Below, piece after piece: positions 47,337 through 59,796 of a stretch of 64,000 bases of DNA. Within the stretch, counting starts at the first letter, position 1. Each line of letters starts with the position of its first letter. The notes beneath the pieces were generated by a model. It saw nothing but the letters and a program-made list of their open reading frames with translations. It searched no databases and had not been told where the DNA came from. The stretch comes from Macrostomum lignano. Its lineage: Eukaryota. The stretch lies in contig NIVC01002482.1 of the NCBI GenBank assembly GCA_002269645.1, positions 62,304 to 126,303 on the forward strand. Direction: 5' to 3'. The position numbers were made by a program, and so were the translations under genes.

Positions 47337-48621
47337 CCCGCTGGAAAATAGGGCAGGATTTCGGTTTGGATTTTTTTAATTTCGGCCAGATATTCTCTGC
47401 ATCTGTTCAGTGGGAGAATATCCGGTCGTTTCTTTGGATAAGTGACGCCAACTTTACATATCCGGATGCTTTGTTCGGATATTGTAGTTCTGTATCCGGA
47501 CGAAACATCTGGATATGTACATTGAATCCAGACGTAAGTCCGGAAATGTATCCGGCTATAAGGCCGGATTGAAGCCACATATCCAGATGTTTCATCCGGA
47601 TATCACGTCTTTATCCGGACGAAACATCCGAATATGTGCATTGAATCTGTACGTAAGTTCGGAAATGTATCCGGCTATAAGGCCGGATTGAATGTCCATT
47701 TTTATCCGGACGAAACATCCGAATATGTGCATTGAATCTGGACGTAAGTCCGGAAATGTATCCAGCTATATCGTGCCGATTTTCACATTAATTTAGTTTT
47801 CCAAAGGATAATGCAGCATAATCTGCTGTTTCGCTCGTACAGATAGATTCTGTTAATTCAAATGAATAAATTGTAGCAATTCTTTTGTGCATTTTAGTTG
47901 ACAAAAAGTTGTCACTATTATTTCTACATGCATACAATTTGCCTAAAAAATTACCTCACTATTATGACTAGGAGACGTATATGTATACATACTATGAAAA
48001 CCGATTACTCAAAAGTAAATATTCATCTATATTTTGCAAATCAATCTTGCTGCCTATTCAATATCTAACTGTATATCCATATCCTAATATTTCAACTTGT
48101 TTAGCTAACAGCAATTTTACTACTTGATTAAAGGGCAATAACTGAAAATAAAAAACTTAAGTCCAGTGTTCAAGTAGCTTTCATTGACATTGGTGCCGAA
48201 TTGTATTTGCACACAAGAAAATTTCAGACACTTAATTTCAGGCATTGCAGATAAAATTTAGTCAGGTACAGTTGTAACTGGAAATTCAGTGACCACATTA
48301 GCTCTCATGGACAGCTTTCTAAAATCCAGGGTTGATGTGAGCAAAAAATTGAAGAAGGCCATATATGCATTGAAAAAACAGTGCGGTAAGTATCCGAACC
48401 AAGAGGTTTGGTATCCGGATGAAAAGTCCGGAAATTTTTGTCCGGATAAGTCATATATCCGGGTGATAATCCAGATATTCGTCCGGATACGACTTGTCCA
48501 GATATAGTTCGGATAAAATGTCATATCTGGACATATCTGGCCATTCATTCGGAAAAGTGCCCCTATCCGGATCTAGATACGCTATATCCGAACCAAATAT
48601 CCGTCCCTATTTTCCAGCAGG
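47337..48621. mobile_element. Non-autonomous CMC (EnSpm-like) element with ATCCGGA subterminal repeats
   Basis: TIR CCCGCTGGAAAATAGGG...CCCTATTTTCCAGCAGG, flanked by AT on both sides (2-bp TSD); many ATCCGGA motifs in both arms. Confidence 0.75.
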
Positions 48622-49231
48622 ATGCTAAGTCTAAGTTAAGTTTAGCTTATAAGATATATTTTGCTTGCTTTATTTTGTTTTAGGACCTAGTTAGAAACCA
48701 AAATTGAACCTTTTATTACCTTATTTTAAGCTAAAGTAAAATCATTTAAGAAATTATAATAATTGCAAAAAAGAATGGAATAAATAATTCAACATTTTCA
48801 CAGTTAAGTATATAGATAATTTAAACCTATATTTGATATAAATATGTAAAATACAATGGTAAAAATGTGAAAAGGGCTTTATATTCTAGTTTAGTTAGTC
48901 TAACCTATGCTTTCAAAGTTGAAAGCCACATGCTTATAATTTAACATAACTACATAAATAGAATTTGTTCAAAGCCCAACCAAAATCTTTTTATTTCATA
49001 ATCTTGACACAATGTATAGGTACATTAAATAATGGAATCAGTGAGCAATGTCTACCAAAAACTATGTTAGCTATAAAAAATAATACGCTGCAAGCAATCG
49101 AAAGTACTTAAAATATCAGTTAATGCACTGTCCAAAATATCTTGCTTTTCGATTGTTATGCAACAGATCAATTGAAATAATTTCGTTAATTTGCATTGAA
49201 CAGATATAAAAAAGCAAAGTTTATTTACATG

Positions 49232-49414
49232 CAGTGGCGTAGCCAGGATTTCCTTCTGGGGGGGGGTCACACTCAGTCACAGGCTCACAGCGGCAACCAG
49301 GGGTTTGTTATTTAAAATTACAAAAAATTAAGTTTTGAATTTTGAAAATTTGGCCTGGATCAGACGGCTTGGGGGGGGTCATGACCCCCATCAACATCCT
49401 TGGCCACGCCCCTG
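49232..49414. mobile_element. Short hAT-type MITE
   Basis: TIR CAGTGGCGTAGCCAGG...CTTGGCCACGCCCCTG; 8-bp TSD TTTACATG/TTGACATG (7/8). Confidence 0.78.
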
Positions 49415-50529
49415 TTGACATGAACTACAAAGCCAAGAAAGAAGAATCCTCTTGCAATGCAATGAAAGAATTTAAATGTGGCATTCCACGCGTAATTAAA
49501 TTGTGCATCAACAACAGATACATTAAGATCATATGCTAAGAAATTGACGGCCTCTAAAAGAACTGATTTATTTTTTGAGAGTCCTTACATTAGAAATATA
49601 TTTTACTTATAGTTTACTGGTTTAATATTTTTTTGTTTAAACTATTTTCCGTGATAATAAAACAAGTCTGCAGATTTGAACTACTAAGAACTTGTTCATT
49701 CCTCAAAACCATAAGTTTAACCGACCGAAATCGTAGTTGTCAATCAGAGATAAACCTATTATTAATCTGACTATAAAGTACCAACAAATAACATCAACAA
49801 AGTACAACATTGTTGTAACTCTGTATAATAACTGTAACAGTAAATGTTATAGAGTGTCTAAAGAATTACATAGATAAACATACCGTCGAGCTTTTCTCAC
49901 CGAGATTTGCCGCAGTAAAATTTTTCCGCGGGTGATTTGCCAGCCGAGACTTGCCCGCAATGCTTTTTCCTGATGTACATCACTAAACCCCAAAATTCAT
50001 AAATATTTAAGCATTATTGCTATATAAATTGCTATATAGGATCGGGCCAATATTTTGTATGCTTAATGTGTTATGTAAATCTCATTATGATTTTTTATGC
50101 AGATACATGTACATGTATAAGTTATGATTTGACATTATCTTATGCTTAAGATGATTTAATTTTTAGTTTATGCTCATCCATAATTATTGTCACATATATA
50201 TGCTCATAGTAATTGTTTACTAAGCATTTCAGCTGTGGCTGCGTCTGGTATGTATACATAAATGTGTAGTACATTTCCAACATGTATAAATTAATGGCAA
50301 AGTTTAAAAATTAAAAAAAGATCATATTAATAGTTGAACTAGAACAGCTGTGAGCAATTTACAAAAGAACCGAATAGTGAGTGCTTTTGCGCTAAAGAAT
50401 CTCTTTTATTACGTCATTTCATTTTGATTACGTTTACACGTATTATTACGTCATTATTAGAGTTACATTTGCACACTCAAAAAAAGCATTCATTCAAAAA
50501 GACAGACTTTTTGGCTGTTTTTACTCCAG

Positions 50530-51428
50530 TCATTTCTTTTGGCTCGCCTTGTCAGCATTCGCGTCCACAGCCGCTGGTCTGACGGAGGCAGCCAGCACCT
50601 CGGGTGGCATGAAGTTTCCGGCCAGGATGCGCAGAAACTCCTGAAAGTCAATCTCACCGTCGCCATCTGTGTCGCAGTCGCGAATTATACCCTGCGCTTC
50701 GCCGTAGCCGCCTGTCAAGCCCAACGAGGACATGAATTCGGACAGCTCCTGGGGCCCCACTCGACCGGAGGAGTCGCGGTCGAATATGGCGAAGGCCCGG
50801 CGCAGGTCGTCCATGCAGCGGCCGCTGGCCATGTTGCGGCAGATCACCGTCATGAACTCCGGAAAGTCGATCAGGCCGTCGCCGTCGCTGTCCACAAACT
50901 GCAGCATGGCCTGACAGACAGAGGTATACGAGCTTACATGCTTCTATACGTCTTAGTCGCAGTCCATTCTCTGCTCTATCTCCTCCCCCCACTCGCTCTA
51001 TATACATCTACCTACTCTCCCCCCCCCAACAAACAATGTACATATCAGGCCGGCGCGGCAGTACGAGTTTATCCCCCTCTCATGATATTTAATCTTATTC
51101 TGACCCTGTCATTCTCCGTCAATCTCTCCTTTTCTCCCAGCCTTCTCGCTCCCTCCATCTGCCTCTGGCATCCTGGCCTATATAGAGCTGTTTTCCCAAA
51201 ACTGATGTCCAATGATCAGCTTAGGCATCTACGCAGAAAGAGAGCTCTCACATCCAGCTGCTGTTCGCTGACCCTGTAGCCGAACGTCTTCATCACGTGA
51301 CCCAGCTCCGACCGCGATATGAACCCGTCGCCGTCCTGATCAAACAGAGCGAAGGCGTCGCGGAATTCTGCAATCTGCACGCCCTCGACGTCAACTACGG
51401 GCGCTGAGGACTCTTTTCGTTTGGCCAT
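50530..51428 (-). CDS. Calmodulin-like protein, 4 EF-hands, 2 coding exons (51428-51252, 50910-50530), 185 aa
   Basis: EF loops DQDGDGFISRSE, DSDGDGLIDFPE, DRDSSGRVGPQE, DTDGDGEIDFQE; phase-0 GT-AG intron. Confidence 0.9.
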
Positions 51429-51638
51429 TGAAAAGTTTGAAGCCACCTGGGCTGACGCTGAGAGCTGTCGGTCTCTACCGCCAGGCCGCACACCGCTGTG
51501 CACACATTCTTATATAGCCTCACCCCTCTCTCTAGTTCTTTCCAGATTCTGCAAGCCTCTTGCGTGCTTCTTCATCTCTCAGCCTTCTCTCCCCCCTGTG
51601 CTCTTTCGCACAATGGCATCTCTGTACTCAGCTTCACT

Positions 51639-52072
51639 CACAGATTCTAGAATAGATAGGGCCACTCAGGCATATATACTTAGCAAAACAGCTTTCTACT
51701 TTCAGTTCAGTAGCAAAGACGAATACATAAGCTATTTTACAAGAATAAAGGCAGCTGATGACTTTGATAAGTTTAGAAGCCCAAGCTTGCAGACGTAAAC
51801 AGCTTGCTGATTGGTTCAGCCATAATGTACATTGGCCACTGAAATGTACATGGCAGTTCTTAGGCTGGAACAACCGAGGAAGGTAATAAAAATTGGGTGG
51901 CGGGGCAGAGGTAGAGGTTCTGTGTGGAGTTTGAGGGTTTAAGCTTAGGGGTAAGAGCCAATAAATAAGCCTTGTCTTTAAAAATACATTAAAATGCTTC
52001 AGTTTAACTTGCTACTGAACTGAAAGTAGCTTACACGCAAATGTGGCCCATCTAGTTATTCTAGCATCTGTG
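51639..52072. mobile_element. hAT-type MITE (family copy 2) upstream of the calmodulin-like gene
   Basis: TIR CACAGATTCTAGAATA...TATTCTAGCATCTGTG; perfect 8-bp TSD GCTTCACT. Confidence 0.9.
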
Positions 52073-52729
52073 GCTTCACTCAGCCACACAGCCCGGGTCA
52101 GGCTATGAGCAGTCCACCAACTGTGTAACTCATAGGACATTTAAAATGAATGAAACTGAACAAAAATGACGGATTCAAAAATAATAAACTAATTAAGAAT
52201 GCAGTATATGTGTTTAAAGTTATAGATCTAGTTCAGCGACTACAATTTCATTAAAATATATTAATTAAATCTAAACAAAATGAGTTATTAAAATTAATAA
52301 ATTCAACCTGATCATTGGAATCTGATGATAATGATTATTAAAATATAATTTTGGCAAATTGTTTTGTTAAGAAGATTGGCACTATCTTTTGTTAGAACGG
52401 TTCCTGGTTGAAAGACTAATTTCGAATAAAAGAGACTAATAAAACTAAATTTTTGGATCGCTGCAAATGTCTACATGGCAAGCTAGGGAGGGAAAAGCGG
52501 CTAGAGAGAGAAATTAAAATAACTGCAAAAATACTATTGATAGTATTAATAAAAACATGCATAGAAAACATAAAAATAAAATGCTGGATAAGTGTGTCAT
52601 AGTGCTCATGGCATTTTAACAGCGATTCCCTATCTGCATGGGATGGTAGTTTAGTTCGACCCGTAAAAGGAGTATGCAGTGCAAGCTTTCGTCTTCAAAT
52701 GTCCTTGTTTACGTATTGTTCTCATAGAT

Positions 52730-52930
52730 GATTGGGGTGCACATGGGGTGGGTGGTGTTCTCATGATCAGGTGATTGGGGTGCACATGGGGTGGGTGGTG
52801 TTCTCATGATCAGGTGATTGGGGTGCACATGGGGTGGGTGGTGTTCTCATGATCAGGTGATTGGGGTGCACATGGGGTGGGTGGTGTTCTCATGATCAGG
52901 TGATTGGGGTGCACATGGGGTGGGTGGTGT
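52730..52930. repeat. 43-bp G-rich tandem repeat
   Basis: GATTGGGGTGCACATGGGGTGGGTGGTGTTCTCATGATCAGGT x4-5. Confidence 0.9.
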
Positions 52931-55338
52931 GATAAGTGGGTGGTGTGTTGGTGTGATAGGTTGGTGGTGTGAGCATGATAATATAAAACAGAAGCAGGCC
53001 ACAGCAAACAAAAAGCGACGAATAGCCAAACAGAAACTCAAGCATCGGGAAGAGTTCGAACAGGTGTGACAGCCAATCAGAAGCGGCTGGTGCCGAATTG
53101 ATGCCACCGTTGCAGCACTGGCCAATCAGAGAGCTGGCGTTGTAAGCGCGGCAGGCCGGCACCGACAATTGGGACACGCTAATCAGTGTTTCCATGACAA
53201 TCGAGCAGGAGACAGGCTCGAACGTAGGCGTTTTTACGTCTGGACTCATCTGGACGGACACGCAGTCACCAACGCCTGCTTGAACTCTAAAAAATAAGGT
53301 GTGTCAGAAAATTTCTAGGATTGAACTCATCAATATTAGCAGCAAAAGTCAAGCAGAAGTCTCCATTGAGTTGAATGCACCTTTCTATCCTTATGAGGGT
53401 TTGGAGGGGTAGGGAGTGAGGGGTTTGGAGGGGCAGGGAGTGAGGGGTTTGGAGGGGCAGGGAGTGAGGGGTTTGGAGGGGCAGGGAGTGAGGGGTTTGG
53501 AGGGGCAGGGAGTGAGGGGTTTGGAGGGGCGGGAAGTGAGGGGTTTGAAAAGCAGACATTAAGAGCAGCTTGGTGAATATTATATGGGTGAGCTAGGATG
53601 ACAGGAAGTCAATTAAAGGAAGTCAAACGAAAACCTACTTTCTTGACTAAGAATGCATTAGAGGAGAATTTACCTCTCCGCATCCACAGGCAGCCGTCCG
53701 CAGGTGCAGGCGTCCCCACTCGGCAGCCAGTAGACCAGCTGACTGCTCGTGTCACAATACGACATGGCCAGACGTACAGGCGAATCCAGTGCTCGATCGA
53801 TCGAACCAGATGAAAAGGCATCCGCGACTGAAAGTTTGTTGCTCGATAAAATTAAGCACTCCTCACACAACCCTTTTGCACTCTTACAGTCATAATTATA
53901 GTATCCGTGACCCTCATTGAGACCCCTAGCACTCCTAATCATGTCACTACTAGCCTCTTAATGTGACTCTTAGCGCTTTTCCTGAGACCATTAGCATCCT
54001 CTCCTGAGACCATTGGCATCTCTCCTGAGACCATTGGCATCTCTCCTGAGACCATTAGCACCCTCTACTGAGACCATTAGCATCCTCTACTGAGACCATT
54101 AGCATCCTCTACTGAGACTATTAGCATCCTCTACTGAGACCATTAGCATCCTCTACTGAGGCCATTAGCATCCTCTACTGAGGCCATTAGCATTCTCTAC
54201 TGAGACCCCAGCTCTCCTGAGACCCCAGCTCTCCTGAGACCCCAGCTCTCCTGAGACCCCAGCTCTCCTGAGACCCCAGCTCTCCTGAGACCCCAGCTCT
54301 CCTGAGACCCCAGCTCTCCTGAGACCCCAGCTCTCCTGAGACCCCAGCTCTCCTGAGACCCCAGCTCTCCTGAGACCCCAGCTCTCCTGAGACCCCAGCT
54401 CTCCTGAGACCCCAGCTCTCCTGAGACCCCAGCTCTCCTGAGACCCCAGCTCTCCTGAGACCCCAGCTCTCCTGAGACCCCAGCTCTCCTGAGACCCCAG
54501 CTCTCCTGAGACCCCAGCTCTCCTGAGACCCCAGCTCTCCTGAGACCCCAGCTCTCCTGAGACCCCAGCTCTCCTGAGACCCCAGCTCTCCTGAGACCCC
54601 AGCTCTCCTGAGACCCCAGCTCTCCTGAGACCCCAGCTCTCCTGAGACCCCAGCTCTCCTGAGACCCCAGCTCTCCTGAGACCCCAGCTCTCCTGAGACC
54701 CCAGCTCTCCTGAGACCCCAGCTCTCCTGAGACCCCAGCTCTCCTGAGACCCCAGCTCTCCTGAGACCCCAGCTCTCCTGAGACCCCAGCTCTCCTGAGA
54801 CCCCAGCTCTCCTGAGACCCCAGCTCTCCTGAGACCCCAGCTCTCCTGAGACCCCAGCTCTCCTGAGACCCCAGCTCTCCTGAGACCCCAGCTCTCCTGA
54901 GACCCCAGCTCTCCTGAGACCCCAGCTCTCCTGAGACCCCAGCTCTCCTGAGACCCCAGCTCTCCTGAGACCCCAGCTCTCCTGAGACCCCAGCTCTCCT
55001 GAGACCCCAGCTCTCCTGAGACCCCAGCTCTCCTGAGACCCCAGCTCTCCTGAGACCCTCGGTGAAGCAGTGCATTTCAAGCGATCAGTAAGCCAGCTAG
55101 TTGCAAATCCAGTGACTCACAGGCGGCAGAAATACGCTGAACTTCAGCCAGGCTTGATATCGCAGCCGCCTGGCCCAGCCTGCTGGTTCGTCTCTGAGCA
55201 TAGCAACCAGATCCTGACCGCACCAGCCCGCGGCCGCACTGTGCCAACGTGTGGAACATCGCCCGCAGCTGGTAGCCGGCCACAGAGTCAAGCTTGACCC
55301 AATCTGACCCGGTAAACTCGATGATCAGCTGGTCAGAA
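52896..55338 (-). CDS. 3' part of an uncharacterised Cys-rich (WSC-like) protein with a C-terminal hydrophobic segment
   Basis: Phase-consistent GT-AG exon chain 55338-55121, 53827-53674, 53286-52896. Motifs SGCY, SYCDTSSQLVYWLPSGDACTCG; hydrophobic LFGYSSLFVCCGLLLFYIIML. 5' exons not found. Confidence 0.45.
53395..53545. repeat. 24-bp G-rich tandem repeat (GGGAGTGAGGGGTTTGGAGGGGCA)
   Basis: About 6 units. Confidence 0.9.
53985..55057. repeat. 17-bp minisatellite (TCTCCTGAGACCCCAGC, ~50 perfect units) preceded by related 20-22-bp degenerate units
   Basis: Direct reading. Confidence 0.97.
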
Positions 55339-55436
55339 CTGAGGGGCAAAATGCGCGATTGCAAAAAAGTAACTTCCGTTAGTGTTTAAAGCGATACCGA
55401 AAAAGCGTTGATTCGTGACTTTTTACTCTTAGTCCT

Positions 55437-55487
<51 letters not shown>

Positions 55488-55522
55488 GTGCAGCCGACAG
55501 CTCAGCCGCAGCTATTGCGCGC

Positions 55523-55800
55523 ACTAAGAAAGGTCGGGGGTTCAATTCTTGACCCACTCGGAACAATTTGAGTCCTTGAGCGAAACACTTAACTCTGCAT
55601 TGCTTCAGTTCAACCCAGCTGTAAAATGGGTGCCAGCATTAGCTGGGGGGTAATTGAGGGTGTGGCGACCCCCCAGTCCTTGGACTGAACAGCCGTACGC
55701 AGCCTTCAGATGCGCCGCGCAATAGCTGCGGCTGAGCTGTCGGTTGCACATCTGGCCCAATCAGGACGGGTGTAATCAATTATTGTTATTATTATCATTA
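55523..55800 (+). mobile_element. 5'-truncated CORE-type SINE (copy 2)
   Basis: Near-identical to 27456-27650 from AAAGGTCGGGG onward; ends in a TTA-rich tail. Confidence 0.8.
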
Positions 55801-56470
55801 AGTGCGTCAGTAGTGTTACTATTAGTACCATACCAGTTTTGTTGCGCAAACAGTCCAATTTTAAAATAACAGTTTTCAAAAAACGGTAATTCCCAGTGGG
55901 AAATTCTGGTACGCCCAAGGGTGCGCAGACCGCGGCGCCCGGTGGCCTGTGGCCGGTAGCGGGGCGCACTCTTTGTCCAGTCGGGGCGCCGGCCTTATAC
56001 CCGGCGCCCGGTGGACTGCCCAATAAATTAAGGCAAGAATTGGTTTACTCTACTAACAGTAGTATGCAGGGCTTTTACTGATATATTTTGCTCTGGCAGC
56101 AGCCTAGCTTTCTGGTTGTTTCAAAATTGAATTTATTTCCAAATAATTTTCAGAGCTATCTGATTTTTTTAAGCAATTGTCTCTTCCATTATAAATTTAA
56201 ACAACCTTGCTGCTACCTGCTTACGAAGTTTGCCTTTTGTAAATTTTTTTGCAGTTCTTTAGAAAATTAGTTTGAGTCTATGAATGAAATCGAATAAGAA
56301 ACTTAAATGTAATGAAATTTGAATTTATTTAGCGAAGTTAAATGGAACTGATATTAAAACACAATATTAGAACGAAAAATAGTTAAGTTTTTGGCAACAA
56401 AGGTGTTGAAAGAATGTCAGTTTTAAAATCATTTTGACAGCATTTACTCGTAAAATACGTGCTCTCATAA

Positions 56471-59432
56471 TTAGAAGATTTTAAATTGTCCATCATCCAG
56501 CTCTCGCTGATCTTCGGACCAGTTTGATCCACTTGATTCGGTTTCGTCATCAGATTCGAGAGAGCAGTCAGTGCGGTAGTTGGTTTTTGACTTTGCTGAA
56601 CGGGGGCGATGGTTGTTCCGCTTTCGAGGCTGAGAATCCAACTGAATACTCGCTCGCTTTCTGGATTGGGAGCTCGGCTTTGCTGTCGCCGCTGGCGGCA
56701 CTTCTCCCGCTGATAGTCGCGATGGTGTCTGTGACATTGGAAAGAAAACAAAAAATTACTGCATGCACATTTTATCTTACTGATAGTAGTATTTAATGCT
56801 TAGCAATCATAGTATTCATCGTTCATTATTCAGTTTAGATACGTTTTTACTCACTAGGGAAAAAGAAGATGAATGGCTGTGTCTTTGCACGGCGCTGCCA
56901 GAAGCGGGACTTTGAGTCGCTGCCACCAAAGACCGTCTTTGCACGGCGCTGCCAGAAGCGGGACTTTGAGTCGCTGCCACCAGAGATCGTCTTTGCACAG
57001 CGCTGCCAGAAGCGGGACTTTGAGTCGCTGCCACCAAAGACCGTCTTTGCACGGCGCTGCCAGAAGCGGGGCTTGGAGTCGCTGCCACCAGAGACTGTCT
57101 TTGTACGGCGCTGCCAGAAGCGGGGCTTGGAGTCGCTGCCACCAGAGACTGTCTTTGTACGGCGCTGCCAGAAGCGGGACTTTGAGTCGCTGCCACCAGA
57201 GACTGTCTTTGTACGGCGCTGCCAGAAGCGGGGCTTGGAGTCGCTGCCACCAGAGACTGTCTTTGTACGGCGCTGCCAGAAGCGGGGCTTGGAGTCGCTG
57301 CCACCAGAGACTGTCTTTGTACGGCGCTGCCAGAAGCGGGACTTTGAGTCGCTGCCACCAGAGACTGTCTTTGTACGGCGCTGCCAGAAGCGGGGCTTGG
57401 AGTCGCTGCCACCAGAGACTGTCTTTGTACGGCGCTGTCAGAAGCGGGGCTTTGAGTCTGGACTCCGGAAAGCAGCTGGCTTCCTGTGCGATGCGACCGC
57501 CCCTTTAATCGGTCACCGCCATGCTTTAGCTGCTGTCTGCAAGTATTTCTTACAGATTGTTCAGAGGGCCTGCCGGCTTCAGCGGTCGCGCCATAGATGA
57601 ATGTGATTGCTTCTGTTAGGAAAAAAGTTGAAAGTTACTATGAATAGCATGCACTGTGCTCGACTAATTTCTTGATATTTAGCTCTAAAAGTCTCATTGA
57701 ACGTTGATTAAGTAGACTTACTTTGGAAATGGCTGAGCAGAGTGCTCTGAAATCCAAGCTGCGCATCAGTAAGGTTGGTCGCAACTCCAGCAGCAACAGC
57801 TCGGCTTCGCATGTCTGACCCGATTAAATTAATAACCGCCTGCATCTCTTTCGACAAGCTCTCGTTAAGCATTGCCATTAAAGCATCGGACCACTTGTCT
57901 CGCTTGCATGAACGTAGCAGGCTCTTCTGTTTAGATTTTTACAGGTGAGAATACTTATAGATTATTATTTCAGTGATAGTACTAGTGCGCTTTGAGTAGT
58001 AGTTAGAGCATTTCTTCTAATGAAAAGAAAATAAAAAACTCTGTCATGAACTTACCAAAGTAGAAATATGTTCATTTGGACTGGAAGCGAATTGCACATA
58101 TTTTTCCCAGGAGTTGATCGGCCAGAATGAAGGCTCAGAATTATCAGTTGGAATGTCAGCGCCAACAGGTTCCAAAAAGCGTAGCACGCTCTGCACTTCA
58201 GTGCGCATTGCGGTGATTTGTTTGGTCAAACTATTTTCTAATGCTTTCAATTCATTCTTGCGCATAGTAAGTTCGCGTAGGGCATATAAGGACAGAAACT
58301 TGATGCCTCTTGGACTTTCCAGCTCAAAGCTAACACCGGCTTGGATCTGCTCTTCTAGTTTTCTAAGAAAGCCAGAACCAAAATTAAAAGATGAAATGGT
58401 GGGAGGCGACTTAGGAATCGTCGATCGATCATCTGCTACGAACTCAGCTTCTATTTCAGCTTCCGCCTCAGCTTCCACCTCAGCTCCCATCTCAGCTTCC
58501 ACCTCAGCTTCCGCCTCAGCTTCCGCCTCAGCTCCCATCTCAGCTTCCACCTCAGCTCCGATCTCAGCTTCCACCTCATCTTCCGCTTCAGCTTCCGCCT
58601 CAGCTTCCACTTCAGCTTCCGCCTCAGCTTCCACTTCAGCTTCCGCCTCAGCTTCCGCCTCAGCTTCCATATCGGCGTCTACGCCAGCTTCTGCTTCATC
58701 ATCACTAATAGGAGGCATTGGCGCTAACTGTGCAATCGTAGGCGGATGTTGTTTAGGCAGCAAAGCTGGAGGTTGCAAACAGCGGCTGCTCTTATCTTCG
58801 AAGATTGCCTCGGAATCGGTGGCTGAGCCGTCTGACAGATTCTGTTTGGGATGGTTACGGCATGAGAAATTATCAAGTTAATGTCAGTTTTAAAGATTAT
58901 TTTCACATTTAATTTCTTCCCTTTTCTTAAAAAATAGTTTAAAAGGTAAAACGGAGAAAACAAAGTTCTCGATAAAAATTATATGGGCTGTGCTTAATTT
59001 TACCTTAGTCTGGTAATGCCTTCGTGCTTTCTTCATGTCACGCTCCTGAAAGACTCTGGGTTGAACCAACTCGAGAATTCGGTTCAGTCGGGTCTTTTTG
59101 GCCACCAATTCACGCACAAAGCGGAAGCTCCCAGGCTCTAGGTTGTTGCTTAGTATTACCTTTAAATTAATGAGAAAATATGAGCGTACAAATATTAGAT
59201 CGATTCAAGAATTTTAACATTTCAATCGTTGGGATCGGTTGCTTACCTGAATAATTAGAGCAGAGTAAAAACAGCCTTCATACAAGGCTTCACACTTCCA
59301 CTTCTCAGTGGAGTCCCTCTTTTCTAACCATTCCTCTTCCTTAAGGTTTTGAAAGCCTTCAGGAAGCTTCACTTCGCTTTCCGAGACCTCAACAATTTGA
59401 CGGTCGTCTTTAAAGATCACTAAAAACTTCAT
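56471..59432 (-). CDS. Spliced accessory gene (ORF2) of a CMC/EnSpm-type transposon, DUF4806/BEN-like C-terminal part
   Basis: GT-AG exons 59432-59247, 59159-59004, 58841-58056, 57926-57722 and 57612-, phase-consistent (0,0,0,1). [10 protein letters not shown] and [13 protein letters not shown] motifs; probable last exon 56731-56471. Confidence 0.65.
56878..57460. repeat. 54-bp tandem repeat inside the ORF2 exon (18-aa unit)
   Basis: About 10 units; reads [18 protein letters not shown] on the minus strand. Confidence 0.92.
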
Positions 59433-59796
59433 TGTAGCATGCAGACTAGACTATGCTAGTGCAAAACTGAGTACCAAATAAAGCAAGAGTTTGGAGCTCA
59501 CACTATAGTTTATGCTTATTTAATGATTCAGTGGTTTAGGTTGCTTCTAGAAGCAATTGTCTTCTATAGTTCTTCGAATGAAAAAGGCCGCCCTGGCTTT
59601 TCCAATTTCATTGGCCCTACCGTCCCCGCATCCATACCTGTCCAATCAGCGCGCACAAACCCCCAAAGGAGTAGTTTTCAATTCTTCCCAGCTTTTGTTC
59701 ATATCCTTTCTTTAATACGAAATAAGCAATCGTAGTAATTACTTTATTATTATTACAACAGTCAACTATCATCAAAGTCTGATTCGGACGAAAACA

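Noticed and set aside
28093-55057. TGAGA core shared by three unrelated arrays
   Set aside because: A 5-bp motif is too short to infer common origin or a shared binding factor.
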